Below are positions 27,089 through 37,567 of a DNA stretch of 64,000 nucleotides, piece by piece. Location of the stretch: positions 73,042-137,041 of the forward strand of contig CAYMOT010000001.1 in assembly GCA_964392315.1 (NCBI GenBank). Reading direction: 5' to 3'. Numbering within the stretch: the stretch's first letter is position 1; every line of letters starts with the position of its first letter. Source of the stretch: an uncultured Candidatus Saccharibacteria bacterium (GTDB lineage: Bacteria; Patescibacteriota; 4484-211; JAGQKX01). The translations under genes and the position numbers were made by a program. The notes below the pieces were generated by a model that was not told the DNA's origin, did not search any database, and saw only the letters and a program-made list of their open reading frames with translations.

Positions 27089-28157
27089 ATCTGTCACATG
27101 CAGTCCTTACGGCCTCAACACTCGCAAACGGATCAATGGTCACAACATCTACCTCAGCAAGTACTTCCATAATGCCATACTCTGAATTTTTTGCGTGTAA
27201 TGCTCCTCTATCTATACCTCGCAAAATAACTGGCAAACCATAAGCCCTTTTGCCAATAGGGTGCAAATATCCTGCTATATTAAAGGAATTAACATCGTAA
27301 AGAGTTTTGTACTGAGCCAAGATTTGATATAACAACCGTGCTTCATCATTCCCAAAAGTATCGGAAAGAATCATAAATTCCCGCTCTTTTGTTGCATCCA
27401 TCGGTAGTATTACCCGCATATTCCCCGCATCAAACCCGAGTCCTAACTCTTTATGCAATATAAATAAGTCATCGAAATACCCAACACCAAATTCTTTCAA
27501 ATATCGATCGTTAATTTCTTTCCTTGTTCGTACTGCAGATAATGGTGTGCCTTTTGAAAGCGTTACCTGCGTATGTCCCCATGCAATACTTGCACCCGCA
27601 CGCCATAAACAATTCCACTGGAACATTGGATATTTTGCTTCTGGATCTTTTTCGTGAACTAATCCAAACCACTTATTTGAAACTTCAAAAAGATCAATAA
27701 GTTTCTCTTCACTGATATCAAGAGGGTTTGGCTGCTTGAAAACTAACACCCCATGCCAGCTATCATACATTGACACGTTCGACGCGGTCACACAATGCTT
27801 CCCTTCAACCCTTCCAAAAAACGATTCCGGTGTCAGATTGTATACGTCATTAAAAGGCGGCTTTTGTGCTTCTTGAAGAATTTGTTCCTCGGTCACTGGT
27901 TCGTTTTTCGGTTGCGGTCTATTGGCACGAATACTATTAAATACCACCTCATGTCCGGTCCACTTGTTACGCAACCGAAGAAGCCGCTGCTTTTCCAGTA
28001 CATCAATACTGCCAAACTGCTTAATCGCCCACTCCGTCATACCTTCCGGTATCGTTAGCGTACCGATTGAATAATATTCTTCATAGATCCTGTCGAAAAT
28101 TTTGCGAGAGAGAGAAGAGATTCCTTCTTTTAGTATGGGGAGATCCAGCATGTTCAT
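27075..28157 (-). CDS. Hypothetical protein (360 aa), possibly HIT/GalT-like nucleotidyltransferase fold
   Basis: No TM helices. Two His-containing half-sites (WHGVLVFKQ and WGHTQVTL) are faintly reminiscent of the GalT/Ap4A-phosphorylase HxHxQ motif. Lies 40 bp downstream of the Hsp70-like gene on the same strand. Confidence 0.45.
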   Translation of the reverse strand: MNMLDLPILKEGISSLSRKIFDRIYEEYYSIGTLTIPEGMTEWAIKQFGSIDVLEKQRLLRLRNKWTGHEVVFNSIRANRPQPKNEPVTEEQILQEAQKPPFNDVYNLTPESFFGRVEGKHCVTASNVSMYDSWHGVLVFKQPNPLDISEEKLIDLFEVSNKWFGLVHEKDPEAKYPMFQWNCLWRAGASIAWGHTQVTLSKGTPLSAVRTRKEINDRYLKEFGVGYFDDLFILHKELGLGFDAGNMRVILPMDATKEREFMILSDTFGNDEARLLYQILAQYKTLYDVNSFNIAGYLHPIGKRAYGLPVILRGIDRGALHAKNSEYGIMEVLAEVDVVTIDPFASVEAVRTACDRFRNG

Positions 28158-28197
28158 ACCTGAAGTATACTAACAAAATCCATTTCTGTCAGATCCA

Positions 28198-29589
28198 TTA
28201 CCGCTCAAGCTGATCAGCCAGGGCTAACCCTGCACCAACACCACCAAAAATATCGTGAAATCGGACTTTTCCCTTACCATACTTATCAAACAGCAACTGC
28301 TGTACGATTGGAATCAAGCTACTTCCACCAGTAGCAACCACCACATCTACACCCGAAGCAGTAAGCTTTGATTCCTTAAAGAGCGCATCAAGCGTTTGAT
28401 CTATTTGGACAAGATACGGCGACAAAATCTCCTCGAACTGCCGGCGGGTTAAGGTAGCTTGTAAGGAAAGGCGTTCACGAACAAATACAATTTCTGCACT
28501 GTCACTGCTCGATAACTGCTTTTTTGCATCTTCTATAACACGAAAAAGATGATGACCTAAGTCAAAGCTAATAAGGTCCTGCAAATTGACGATATAGCGG
28601 GAATTATCTGCACTTCGTTCGACTTCTTTCAAAAACTCTCTTACCTCAGTTGTCTGCAACGGCCCAAGTTCGTACCAACGCCGGAGGCTCTGTTTTATAA
28701 ACGCAGGCATTGGTAACCGCTTCGACCCCCACACTTCATCAACACCAAAAAATGGTGAAAGGTACTGCATCATAATTTCTTCATTAAAGGTGTTTCCACC
28801 AATGGGCAAACCACCCGTCGCAATGACTTGGGGCCGTTTGCCATTTTTGCGCTGAACAATCGAGAAATCAAGCGTTCCGCCCCCAAAGTCAAACACCAAG
28901 ATCGTCATATCAACGTTCGTTTCGGTCAAGTAACTCAAAGCAGCCGCGATGGGCTCGGCAAGGAACGAGACAGTTTCAAAACCTGCCATCATGGCAGCCT
29001 TTTCCATTCTCGTCTCGACATGACTATCGTCTTGCCGACCTACTGCATAATGCACCGGTCTCCCCAGCACAACATTTCTGATATCTTCGCCGATCTGAAC
29101 ATCTGCCTGCTCTTTCATTCGCCGTAGGATCTTTGCGATGAGCTCCTCCAATGAAATGGTCTTGTCAAATATGAATGCTGTATCAAGAGAATTTTCACGA
29201 AGTGTTGTTTTAAGCGCCTGCACGAGCTGACCAGGCTTGTTGATGTCTACACGGTACCGAATAGTGGTGGTGTAATACGTAATGCCTTCATCTATAACGA
29301 CCTCTACTCTCTTCTTCTCTCCTGTATCTATCTCCTCCCACTGTACCGGTTTGCGGTTGGCATTGTCTTTTGCATATGTTTCCATAGCGAGACTGCCGAC
29401 AAACTCGTTACCATCTTTTTTAAAATATATTTGTGATGGCAATACTTCTGGATCCCCCGCAACAGGATCAATCGGGAGCACGCGAACGTCACTACCTTGT
29501 GCTATAGAAATTGTAGAATTTGAGGTCCCGAAATCAAGACCATAAAAAGGTTTGCGCATAAGTTCCCGAATTGTGTTTATATAACACAA
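28198..29589 (-). CDS. Hsp70-family ATPase lacking canonical substrate-binding domain (YegD-like)
   Basis: Actin-fold motifs YGLDFGTSNSTISIA (phosphate 1) and LVFDFGGGTLDFSIV (phosphate 2). C-terminal ATGGSSLIP (adenosine motif). Only 463 aa, whereas DnaK is about 640. Confidence 0.75.
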   Translation of the reverse strand: MCYINTIRELMRKPFYGLDFGTSNSTISIAQGSDVRVLPIDPVAGDPEVLPSQIYFKKDGNEFVGSLAMETYAKDNANRKPVQWEEIDTGEKKRVEVVIDEGITYYTTTIRYRVDINKPGQLVQALKTTLRENSLDTAFIFDKTISLEELIAKILRRMKEQADVQIGEDIRNVVLGRPVHYAVGRQDDSHVETRMEKAAMMAGFETVSFLAEPIAAALSYLTETNVDMTILVFDFGGGTLDFSIVQRKNGKRPQVIATGGLPIGGNTFNEEIMMQYLSPFFGVDEVWGSKRLPMPAFIKQSLRRWYELGPLQTTEVREFLKEVERSADNSRYIVNLQDLISFDLGHHLFRVIEDAKKQLSSSDSAEIVFVRERLSLQATLTRRQFEEILSPYLVQIDQTLDALFKESKLTASGVDVVVATGGSSLIPIVQQLLFDKYGKGKVRFHDIFGGVGAGLALADQLER

Positions 29590-29633
29590 AAAGGTATCTG
29601 GACTTATTACTTACCCTACTTGGGTAACTGTTC

Positions 29634-30083
29634 TTGAACTATAATACAACCATGAAGCGAATTGTACTTTTTGGACCTCCGGGATGTGGCAAAACTACGA
29701 TTATTCGATTACTAAATAATAAAAAATACTCTGCTATAGACGTTGAAGACTTAGGGAATACGTATGATGAAAGAAGGCAAAATTTTCTCATTGCTGTCTC
29801 TCATGAAAACAATTTTACTTTCTATGGTGGTGCAGATTTAAAGTTGAATGATCTGCCAGTTGGGTCGACCACAGTCCTTATCTGCCCCAGCGATAAGGTG
29901 AAATATCTAGAGAGAGTAGAAGAACGAAACAGAATAGTTTCACATAAGGCGGGTCAGAATGAGGAAGATGTTTACAATTGGTTCTATAACAATCGTGATA
30001 AGTTCGATCATTACATTGACAACACGACAACACCAGAAAATACACTCGTGGACGTTCTTTCTCTTTCGAAGAAGCTTCTCTAG
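29634..30083 (+). CDS. Small P-loop NTPase (nucleotide-kinase-like, 149 aa)
   Basis: Walker A at the N-terminus (RIVLFGPPGCGKTT). Size and layout are like adenylate-kinase/AAA_18-type small kinases. Divergent from the Hsp70-like gene. Confidence 0.55.
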   Translation: MNYNTTMKRIVLFGPPGCGKTTIIRLLNNKKYSAIDVEDLGNTYDERRQNFLIAVSHENNFTFYGGADLKLNDLPVGSTTVLICPSDKVKYLERVEERNRIVSHKAGQNEEDVYNWFYNNRDKFDHYIDNTTTPENTLVDVLSLSKKLL

Positions 30084-30127
30084 GTCAATGACAAATTTTC
30101 CTGGTAATTTATTGTTGTTCTTTCTAA

Positions 30128-30574
30128 CTACAGCACAATGGTCACTGGACCATCGTTCACAAGCTCTAACAGCATGTGGGCACCGAACTCCCCTTCTTTC
30201 ACGGCTACCCCATATTTTGATAAGCCCTGCACAAATACGCGTATAAGTTCCTTAGCTTTTTCTGGGTTGGCAGCGTTACCAAAATACGGACGACGGCCTC
30301 GACTCATATCAGCATATAAGGTGAATTGCGAAACGACCAATACTTCTCCTCCAACATCCATAATCGAACGATTCATCCTTCCTATTTCATCTTCCATCAC
30401 CCGAAGATGCGCAATACTTTCTACCATACTTTTCACAGTCTCTTCGGTGTCATCCGTACCAACAGCAACAAGTAAAACATAACCGCTGCCAATTTTTGAC
30501 ACCATTCTTTTTTTGACTGACACACTCGCTTCTGATACTCGTTGTAAAACAATACGCATCCCATAATTGTACAA
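30128..30574 (-). CDS. dtd: D-aminoacyl-tRNA deacylase
   Basis: Invariant SQFTL motif (VVSQFTLYADMSRGRRP), 148 aa, Gly-cisPro-like region. Confidence 0.85.
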   Translation of the reverse strand: MYNYGMRIVLQRVSEASVSVKKRMVSKIGSGYVLLVAVGTDDTEETVKSMVESIAHLRVMEDEIGRMNRSIMDVGGEVLVVSQFTLYADMSRGRRPYFGNAANPEKAKELIRVFVQGLSKYGVAVKEGEFGAHMLLELVNDGPVTIVL

Positions 30575-30602
30575 ATAATCAGTCCTCCCCTACAATTCGG
30601 GA

Positions 30603-31130
30603 ATGGTAAACGTCACAAAACTAGAGCAACAAACTCTTGAAACTATTGAAGAGCAGCGCAGTTATCAAAGCCATACGTGGGGCAAATTGACTTTTAAAGA
30701 AGTTATTTTTCATATGGGTGCCTTTATGCTTGAAAAGCCCGACGATTCGTATAACGTGATTATCGGCTCAGATTCTCAAAAATATCACGACCATGTCGCG
30801 TTTGTAAGCGCCATTATTGTGCACCGTGTTGGTGGTGGCGCTATCTATTTTTGGGACAAAGAAGTCGTAAAAGGCAAACATTGGATTCTCGAAAATCGTA
30901 TGTTCGAAGAGGCAATGCGTTCTATTAACGTCGCACAGCAATTTATGGAAGAATTCAAGGTTGAGGGCATCACGCGATATGATGTGGAAATTCACGTCGA
31001 CGTTGGATCTAAAGGAAAAACCCATACACTTATCAACGCGGTCGTCGGAATGATAGAAGGAAACGGATTCGTAGCAAAGACAAAACCCCAAGCCTTCGGA
31101 GCTACGAGTGTAGCGGATCGATATACCTAA
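30603..31130 (+). CDS. Hypothetical protein (175 aa), possibly RNase H-like fold (DUF458/YkuK-like)
   Basis: Soluble protein with acidic/His clusters (IIGSDSQ...HDH...HVD). Family assignment is a guess from memory. Confidence 0.4.
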   Translation: MVNVTKLEQQTLETIEEQRSYQSHTWGKLTFKEVIFHMGAFMLEKPDDSYNVIIGSDSQKYHDHVAFVSAIIVHRVGGGAIYFWDKEVVKGKHWILENRMFEEAMRSINVAQQFMEEFKVEGITRYDVEIHVDVGSKGKTHTLINAVVGMIEGNGFVAKTKPQAFGATSVADRYT

Positions 31131-32905
31131 AACCCCGTCCGTTTGAACCACTTATCAATCTCTGCCCTTTGTAATACAACCTTAAACGGTCTTCCGTGCG
31201 GGCAGGTGTATTTTTCATCAAGAACACCAACTTCTGCAAGTAAGGACGCGACCTCTTGCTCTGAAAGCCGATCACCTGCCTTCACCGCGGCTTTGCACGC
31301 CATGGTAGCGAGAGTAATTTCCCTGTCTGCAGAAATACTGTCAACTTCTCCCCATTCATCTAATACGCCCGGCAACAGCGAGGGTATCGCTGTATCTTTC
31401 AAAAAAACCGGCACACCTGCAACCTCAACCTTTCTCTGCTCTAACTTATTAATATTAAATCCGAGCCTTGCAAAGGTTTCTTTATGCTCGTCAAACAAAT
31501 TAATTTGTTCAGGGCTAAACGTAAGTTGTAATGGTATCAGGAGTGATTGCACATCCCCCTGCTCAACTCCCCGCTCAAAGTTATTTTTAAACTTCTCGAA
31601 CAGTACGCGTTCATGCAAGGCATGTTGATCATAAATCGTAATCCCTCCATCTCCAAACACAAACACATACACATTCTCAAAAATTTGAAAGCGTATATCA
31701 CCTGGACGTTTTTGTTCCCATGGCAGTGGGATTGAAGAAACATCCGAAAGCGAAGCATCGTTTAAAACCATCCCCCTTTGACCCAAGTCATTCTGCCTCC
31801 CAGCGTACGTACTTCCACGATTAAATGCATATGCTTCGCTTCTATATCCGCCTTCATTTATTTGCTTATTTGTATATTTGTTTATTGGCTTATTAGAATA
31901 TTCCCCTACTACCGGCGTCATATCGTATGTATCCAATGTCTTCCTTACAGCCTCCTTGACTGATTGAAACACAAACTGAGAGCTTGCAAACCGTACTTCT
32001 TGTTTGCGAGGGTGAACATTGACATCAACAAGATGTGGTGGCGACTGAATAAAGAGAATAAAGAATGGACGGCCTTTGGGGGGAAGCAGTCCAGCATACC
32101 CTTCACGTACCGCAGCAAACACCGCACGATCCTCTACTGGACGCTGGTTTACAAATAGCCACTGAGAAACATTACTTCCAGATAATTGGGGTGTTCCGAC
32201 AAATCCCCGAATAGTAAGGTGTGGGTGTTCAAAAAACACATCCTTTAGTTTCTCGATGACATTTTCGTCCCAAACTGCATGCAAGCGTTCCTGCAACGAA
32301 TTCATACCAGGAGCAAAAAGTACTCGTTTTTGTCCGTTATATACTTCAAACGATACCTGCGGATGCGCGAGCACAAACGAGGTCATCAGCGCATTAATGT
32401 GCTTCGATTCGGTTTGGACAGTTTTCAAAAACTTCTTACGTACCGGTAGTTCCTCAAATAACCCTTCTACGATAACTTCAGTTCCAACCGGCATACCGAC
32501 TTTCGTAATATCGCCTTTTCGTCCATATGAAACAACAACCTCATACCCAAATTCGCTGTCTTGTGTACGACTTTTTAGAGATACACGTGCGACCGATGCA
32601 ATGCTTGCCAAGGCTTCACCACGAAATCCCATACTTTTAATATTCTCTAAGTCTGCTATATCAACGATTTTACTGGTTGCGTGGCGCTCAAAAGCTAACG
32701 CTAATTCATCACTTACGATCCCATTCCCGGAATCTAGGACTCGAATTGCAGACAAACCACCATCCTCATACGAAACATTGATATGTGTTGCACCTGCGTC
32801 GATTGCGTTTTCCACCAATTCCTTCACCACTGATGCCGGCCGCTCAACAACCTCACCAGCAGCAATTTTATTAACGAGATCTTTCGGTAGTATGTGAATA
32901 GGCAT
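31127..32905 (-). CDS. mutL: DNA mismatch repair protein MutL
   Basis: GHKL ATPase motifs (ELVENAIDAGAT, DNGxG-like LDSGNGI). 592 aa. Start overlaps the upstream gene by 4 bp. Confidence 0.9.
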   Translation of the reverse strand: MPIHILPKDLVNKIAAGEVVERPASVVKELVENAIDAGATHINVSYEDGGLSAIRVLDSGNGIVSDELALAFERHATSKIVDIADLENIKSMGFRGEALASIASVARVSLKSRTQDSEFGYEVVVSYGRKGDITKVGMPVGTEVIVEGLFEELPVRKKFLKTVQTESKHINALMTSFVLAHPQVSFEVYNGQKRVLFAPGMNSLQERLHAVWDENVIEKLKDVFFEHPHLTIRGFVGTPQLSGSNVSQWLFVNQRPVEDRAVFAAVREGYAGLLPPKGRPFFILFIQSPPHLVDVNVHPRKQEVRFASSQFVFQSVKEAVRKTLDTYDMTPVVGEYSNKPINKYTNKQINEGGYRSEAYAFNRGSTYAGRQNDLGQRGMVLNDASLSDVSSIPLPWEQKRPGDIRFQIFENVYVFVFGDGGITIYDQHALHERVLFEKFKNNFERGVEQGDVQSLLIPLQLTFSPEQINLFDEHKETFARLGFNINKLEQRKVEVAGVPVFLKDTAIPSLLPGVLDEWGEVDSISADREITLATMACKAAVKAGDRLSEQEVASLLAEVGVLDEKYTCPHGRPFKVVLQRAEIDKWFKRTGF

Positions 32906-32908
32906 AAT

Positions 32909-35488
32909 TTAAAGTAATCCTATTTGGTCAGCTTCGATCTTCTGTTTTTTGTGTTTTCTTGATTTTCTTTCAATTGAAATCCCTTCCTTTTTTTCAAGCT
33001 GGTCCAACACTTCGCGGGCTCGTTCGATAACCTCTAACGGCAAACCTGCTCGCTTTGCAACCTCGATACCATAGCTTTTATCGGTACCTCCCGGCATCAC
33101 ACGATGCAAAAAGTGTAATTCGTCTCCTTCCATCTCAACAACAACTTGATAGTTCTTTACCTGAGGGTATTTTTCTGCAAGCTGTAATAGTTCATGAAAA
33201 TGTGTAGCAAAAAGAGTCTTCGGCCGAACATCAGCATTCGTCGCTAAATACTCTACCACTGACCAGGCGATGCTAACCCCATCGTAGGTGCTCGTCCCGC
33301 GCCCTACTTCATCTAATACTATAACGCTTTTGTTTGTTGCATTGTGTAGTATGTTTGAAACCTCAACCATCTCTACCATAAACGTCGACAAGCCTCGTGA
33401 AAGATTGTCCGATGCACCGATCCGAGTAAATAACTTGTCCACTATACCAATAGTCGCTCTTTTTGCTGGAATAAAACAGCCAGCTTGTGCCATTAAAACA
33501 CTCAACACCACTTGTCTTACAAATGTACTTTTACCGGCCATATTTGGTCCGGTTAATACCATAATCTGTTGATCATCAGAATTAAGCTTGACCGAATTTG
33601 GGACAAACGATTCTTCCGTGAGTACTTCAATAATTGGATGCCTACCGTCCTCTATGTTTAAATTATTACCATCTGAAAGCTCCGGTCGCACATACCTGTG
33701 TTCATGGCTAATCTGTGCAAAACACGACAACACATCTAATCGAGCAATAACCTTACTGATTGAGAATAGCTGGCCTGCTTCCTGAATAACCTGCGCAATA
33801 ACCTCTTGCAATAGCTCATATTCCAACGTTACGATACGTTCCTCCGCAGATAATACCTTTGCTTCATATTCCTTTAATTCTTGGGTGATAAACCGCTCGG
33901 CATTGACCAGCGTTTGTTTGCGTATATATTCTGGCGGTACTTTACCCAAGTGTGAATTTGACACCTCCAAGTAATAGCCAAACACTTTGTTAAACCCAAT
34001 CTTTAGATTCGAGATGCCAGTTGCCTCTCGTTCTCGCGCCAGTAATTGGTCTAGGTACGATTTGCCCGAATGACTCAGGCTACGAAGCTCATCAAGTTCT
34101 CTGTTATAGCCTTCACGAATCATGTTCCCCTCCCGTGTTATGCCCGCTGGTTCATCTTTAATTGCAGACACTATCAATGAATACACACCTTGAATGTCTT
34201 TTGTGTAAAGACTGTCTAACTCATCAAAAATTGCCAGTTCAACACGATTCTCCAGAACTCCCTGCACCGATTCAAGGGCAAACCGAATCGCCACCAAATC
34301 CCGCGCATTTCCCGCGCCCACACTCAGCCTTCCCAGCGTGCGCTCTATGTCAACAATTTGTTCTAGATAGCCTTGGATGCGATCCCGCTCGCTAGCGTTT
34401 GAGCGATAGTATTCGACCACGGTGTACCTTTGTTCTATTACTTCTTTATTTCGAGAGGGCCGTACAATCCAAGACCGCAATAATCGACCGCCCATTGCGG
34501 TCCTTGTTTTATTCAAGAGCCAAAAAAGTGACCCTTCTTCCTTTCCTTCCCGTGCGGTACGAAAAAGTTCTAAGTTTATAATCGTATTTTGATCCATGTA
34601 TACGTATTGTCCGTCATCATACTGCTGCGGGCGAGAAAGATGCGTATCCAGTGCTTTCTGCGTCTCCTGAATATACCCAACCCCTACTCCCGCTACCGTC
34701 ACTAATTGCGGCAAGTTTTTAAAACCAAGAGCCTCAACATCAACCACACCATAGCTTTTTTTTAAAAGAACCTCAGCTTTCTTTGCATAGTCATCCCATT
34801 TGAGGAATGGAAAAATATTGAGACCACCAAACTGACGCAACCTGCCCCGCAAGCGCACATCTTCATACGACTTGGGTGCTAGCACACACTCTGTTGGCGT
34901 AAACTTTGCAATAAGGTCTTCTAACTCGCGTACTTTTTCATCAAATCGAACCTGTACCACCTGGAAATCCGAGGTGCCAAGATCTATAAACGCTACCCCT
35001 GCACTACCTTTGGGTTGTGGATCAAAAACCATCAAGTAGTTAGGTTTATTCCGAGGTACTGCCGCTTCGTCTAAAATGGTAGACGGTGTAATGACGCGTA
35101 CAACCTCTCGCTCCACTATTTTGGAACCAGCCTCAGGCACTGTCACCTGCTCGCACACCGCAACTTTGTAACCTGCATGTACCAATCGCGCTATATACGA
35201 GTCTACGGCGTGATATGGAACACCACACATAGGAATCTTACCGTCGGATCCTTTATCACGTGCAGTTAAGGTAATGTCCAAAACATCTGCTCCGATTTTT
35301 GCATCTTCCATGAATAGTTCGTAGAAATCACCAAGGCGGAAGAAAAGTAGCGCATCAGGATACTCAGACTTTATTTTGGTATACTGCTGCATCATTGGGG
35401 TACTAAATTCGCTGTCCTGCATGTGGGTATTATATACTGTGAACACTGAGCGAGGATAAGGGTAAAGAAGCCAAAACGGCATCACCAC
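32909..35488 (-). CDS. mutS: DNA mismatch repair protein MutS
   Basis: Mismatch-binding N-terminal domain, Walker A TGPNMAGKSTF, ABC-like FATHFHEL. 859 aa. Confidence 0.9.
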   Translation of the reverse strand: MVMPFWLLYPYPRSVFTVYNTHMQDSEFSTPMMQQYTKIKSEYPDALLFFRLGDFYELFMEDAKIGADVLDITLTARDKGSDGKIPMCGVPYHAVDSYIARLVHAGYKVAVCEQVTVPEAGSKIVEREVVRVITPSTILDEAAVPRNKPNYLMVFDPQPKGSAGVAFIDLGTSDFQVVQVRFDEKVRELEDLIAKFTPTECVLAPKSYEDVRLRGRLRQFGGLNIFPFLKWDDYAKKAEVLLKKSYGVVDVEALGFKNLPQLVTVAGVGVGYIQETQKALDTHLSRPQQYDDGQYVYMDQNTIINLELFRTAREGKEEGSLFWLLNKTRTAMGGRLLRSWIVRPSRNKEVIEQRYTVVEYYRSNASERDRIQGYLEQIVDIERTLGRLSVGAGNARDLVAIRFALESVQGVLENRVELAIFDELDSLYTKDIQGVYSLIVSAIKDEPAGITREGNMIREGYNRELDELRSLSHSGKSYLDQLLAREREATGISNLKIGFNKVFGYYLEVSNSHLGKVPPEYIRKQTLVNAERFITQELKEYEAKVLSAEERIVTLEYELLQEVIAQVIQEAGQLFSISKVIARLDVLSCFAQISHEHRYVRPELSDGNNLNIEDGRHPIIEVLTEESFVPNSVKLNSDDQQIMVLTGPNMAGKSTFVRQVVLSVLMAQAGCFIPAKRATIGIVDKLFTRIGASDNLSRGLSTFMVEMVEVSNILHNATNKSVIVLDEVGRGTSTYDGVSIAWSVVEYLATNADVRPKTLFATHFHELLQLAEKYPQVKNYQVVVEMEGDELHFLHRVMPGGTDKSYGIEVAKRAGLPLEVIERAREVLDQLEKKEGISIERKSRKHKKQKIEADQIGLL

Positions 35489-35510
35489 TATTCCCCCTGC
35501 ACATAGAACT

Positions 35511-36533
35511 ATGGGTAATCAAAAAATGTACTTCTCCACCTTTATCACTGGTTTCCAAGAGCTTATACCACAAGCGCTCGAACACGTATTGGCTCCCAAG
35601 ACATACGATATCCATGAAATTCTTGATGGTCTCATCGTATATGAGACCGACGCGGCAATAAAAACAGTCATACAACTTCCATTTTTTAATAATACCTTCC
35701 TGCATATGGCTACCTTCTCAGGGAATATGGACATTAAGCAACTCTTAAATTCTTTAAACAAAGAGTTCAATTTTTATAAAGCCCTAAGCGTTAACCTCCC
35801 AAAGAGCATTCGCACATTTCGACTGGTGGTTTCCCACGAAAACCAGACAGTCAACCCACACCCGAATTACAAGGCACGGCTTGAAGCAAAAATCGCCAAA
35901 GACTTAAAAATGCGCATAGATGCAAACAAGCCTGACACAGAATTCTGGCTTATATTTCGCAGCGAAGGCCTTGTGTTTTTGGGTATGCGTCTTACAAAGC
36001 ATCCTGACTACACCACTTCACTACCAAAAGGGGCACTCCGCCCAGAACTCGCGTATCTGCTGACGAGTTTGATCCCGTTACAAAAAGACGGGGTGATTCT
36101 CGACCCATTTGCAGGCAGTGGTTCTATTGTTCATGCTGCGGTCAAACAAGGCTGGAAACACATTATGGCGGGAGATTATGACTTGCGGATTGTGCAAAAA
36201 CTACGGCGTACATTCCGAAACCATAAACAGGTGACCATCGAGCGTATGGCTATCGCTAATATGACGCTCCCCTCCGACTCTATAGATGCAATCGCCACAA
36301 ATCCTCCATGGGGACATCATTTTCAAATCAACATCCCTGATTTTTATAATCAAATGTACAAGACGTTTCATCGTATCCTTAGACAGGAAGGTTTCGTTGT
36401 GTTGCTAGTAGAGAATACCTCACCAACGTTCCAGGCACTCAAATATTTCTCGAAGGGCTTTACACAAAAAGCGCAGTATCCAATTTTGGTTTCAGGGAGG
36501 AAGGCACTTGTCGTCGTATATAGAAAGAATTGA
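35511..36533 (+). CDS. SAM-dependent RNA/N6-adenine-type methyltransferase with N-terminal THUMP/UPF0020-like domain
   Basis: SAM-binding loop LDPFAGSGSI and catalytic NPPWG motif (IATNPPWGHHF). The N-terminal domain of about 150 aa precedes the Rossmann fold, as in RlmL/Trm11-like enzymes. Confidence 0.6.
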   Translation: MGNQKMYFSTFITGFQELIPQALEHVLAPKTYDIHEILDGLIVYETDAAIKTVIQLPFFNNTFLHMATFSGNMDIKQLLNSLNKEFNFYKALSVNLPKSIRTFRLVVSHENQTVNPHPNYKARLEAKIAKDLKMRIDANKPDTEFWLIFRSEGLVFLGMRLTKHPDYTTSLPKGALRPELAYLLTSLIPLQKDGVILDPFAGSGSIVHAAVKQGWKHIMAGDYDLRIVQKLRRTFRNHKQVTIERMAIANMTLPSDSIDAIATNPPWGHHFQINIPDFYNQMYKTFHRILRQEGFVVLLVENTSPTFQALKYFSKGFTQKAQYPILVSGRKALVVVYRKN

Positions 36534-36549
36534 ACTAGCTGGCAGACGA

Positions 36550-37542
36550 CTACCGAATAACGACAATTCCGCTTGGAAGGACTAAAGACTCTGCATCCAT
36601 CGGATAATTGACATTCTCATCAGCATCTTCTGAGATCTCAGTATGTAGCACCGTAAATTGGAAAATACCTGAGACGGAGGAAGCATCTTGATCTTGCGCA
36701 CTGGTAAGCACGGGTTCGATAGTGATAAACACCTCGGTTTCACCAGTTGTTAGGTTAAGCGGGAACGCTGCCGCAAAACTTTCTGGTGCCTGTAGCAAAA
36801 AGTCTTCTCCCGGAAAAGCCGGTCCGGGAACATCACCACCGTACAGAGCGAAGCCGTCCTGCATATTTCCCTGACGAAACGTACCAGTAGTTAACACGCG
36901 CCCTTCATGACGGACCCACCCTTGGTAGTTCCACCCATCAGGGAGCTCCGGTAAAGAAAGCGCCGCACTGTAGGTTCCATCTTCATTGCGATGCATGAAC
37001 CATACACCACTCGTTTCATTGGTATCACTGGTATCGGTAGGAGATGCGAGGATATATTCACCTCGAAAACCATCCAAATCCCTTAAAGATGAAGACAACG
37101 CACCAATTCCCTCTTCAACATTGGACGTAAGATATCGTGCCGATGTTGGATGAGAGGGCGTCGTAGCTGCATGTTCTACCGTGATATATACTTCTCCGGC
37201 TGCGCTTACGTCGGTTGCTGTCACAAACTCGCCGTCTTCGTAGTGTGTACCTAACGTCGGTACAACACGTTCTCCTTCCATTTTGAAAGTCCCAATAAGC
37301 AATGGGGTGGAGTTTATAACCCCCCATACAGCATACTGTTTATCCACAGGCAGTTCTGCCATATTTGTTAATACAAGCGACACACGAGAAGGTTGGGTGG
37401 TAGGAGTTGGGGTGATATCTGACGTCTCGGGAACGCTCTGAATGTTATCTAATAATATAAGCCCTCCGACAATTATTCCTACAATCACCAAAAGCCCTAG
37501 TATCGCGCTTAATGCGCTCGGAGATTTTGTCCGTTCCGCCAT
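36550..37542 (-). CDS. Membrane-anchored extracytoplasmic protein (330 aa)
   Basis: Short cytoplasmic N-terminus, single TM helix (ILGLLVIVGIIVGGLILL), Pro/Thr-rich linker, then a globular domain. The layout resembles the RskA-type anti-sigma C-terminus, but this is unverified. Confidence 0.45.
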   Translation of the reverse strand: MAERTKSPSALSAILGLLVIVGIIVGGLILLDNIQSVPETSDITPTPTTQPSRVSLVLTNMAELPVDKQYAVWGVINSTPLLIGTFKMEGERVVPTLGTHYEDGEFVTATDVSAAGEVYITVEHAATTPSHPTSARYLTSNVEEGIGALSSSLRDLDGFRGEYILASPTDTSDTNETSGVWFMHRNEDGTYSAALSLPELPDGWNYQGWVRHEGRVLTTGTFRQGNMQDGFALYGGDVPGPAFPGEDFLLQAPESFAAAFPLNLTTGETEVFITIEPVLTSAQDQDASSVSGIFQFTVLHTEISEDADENVNYPMDAESLVLPSGIVVIR

Positions 37543-37567
37543 AGTTCTTTTATTATACTATACAACT

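Noticed and set aside
37442-37567. Using the first ATG (37442) for the SNase gene, giving a 208-aa product.
   Set aside because: That start would overlap the divergent upstream gene by 100 bp and add a Pro/Thr-rich non-anchor N-terminus. The internal Met at 37568 gives a conventional signal-anchor plus SNase core.
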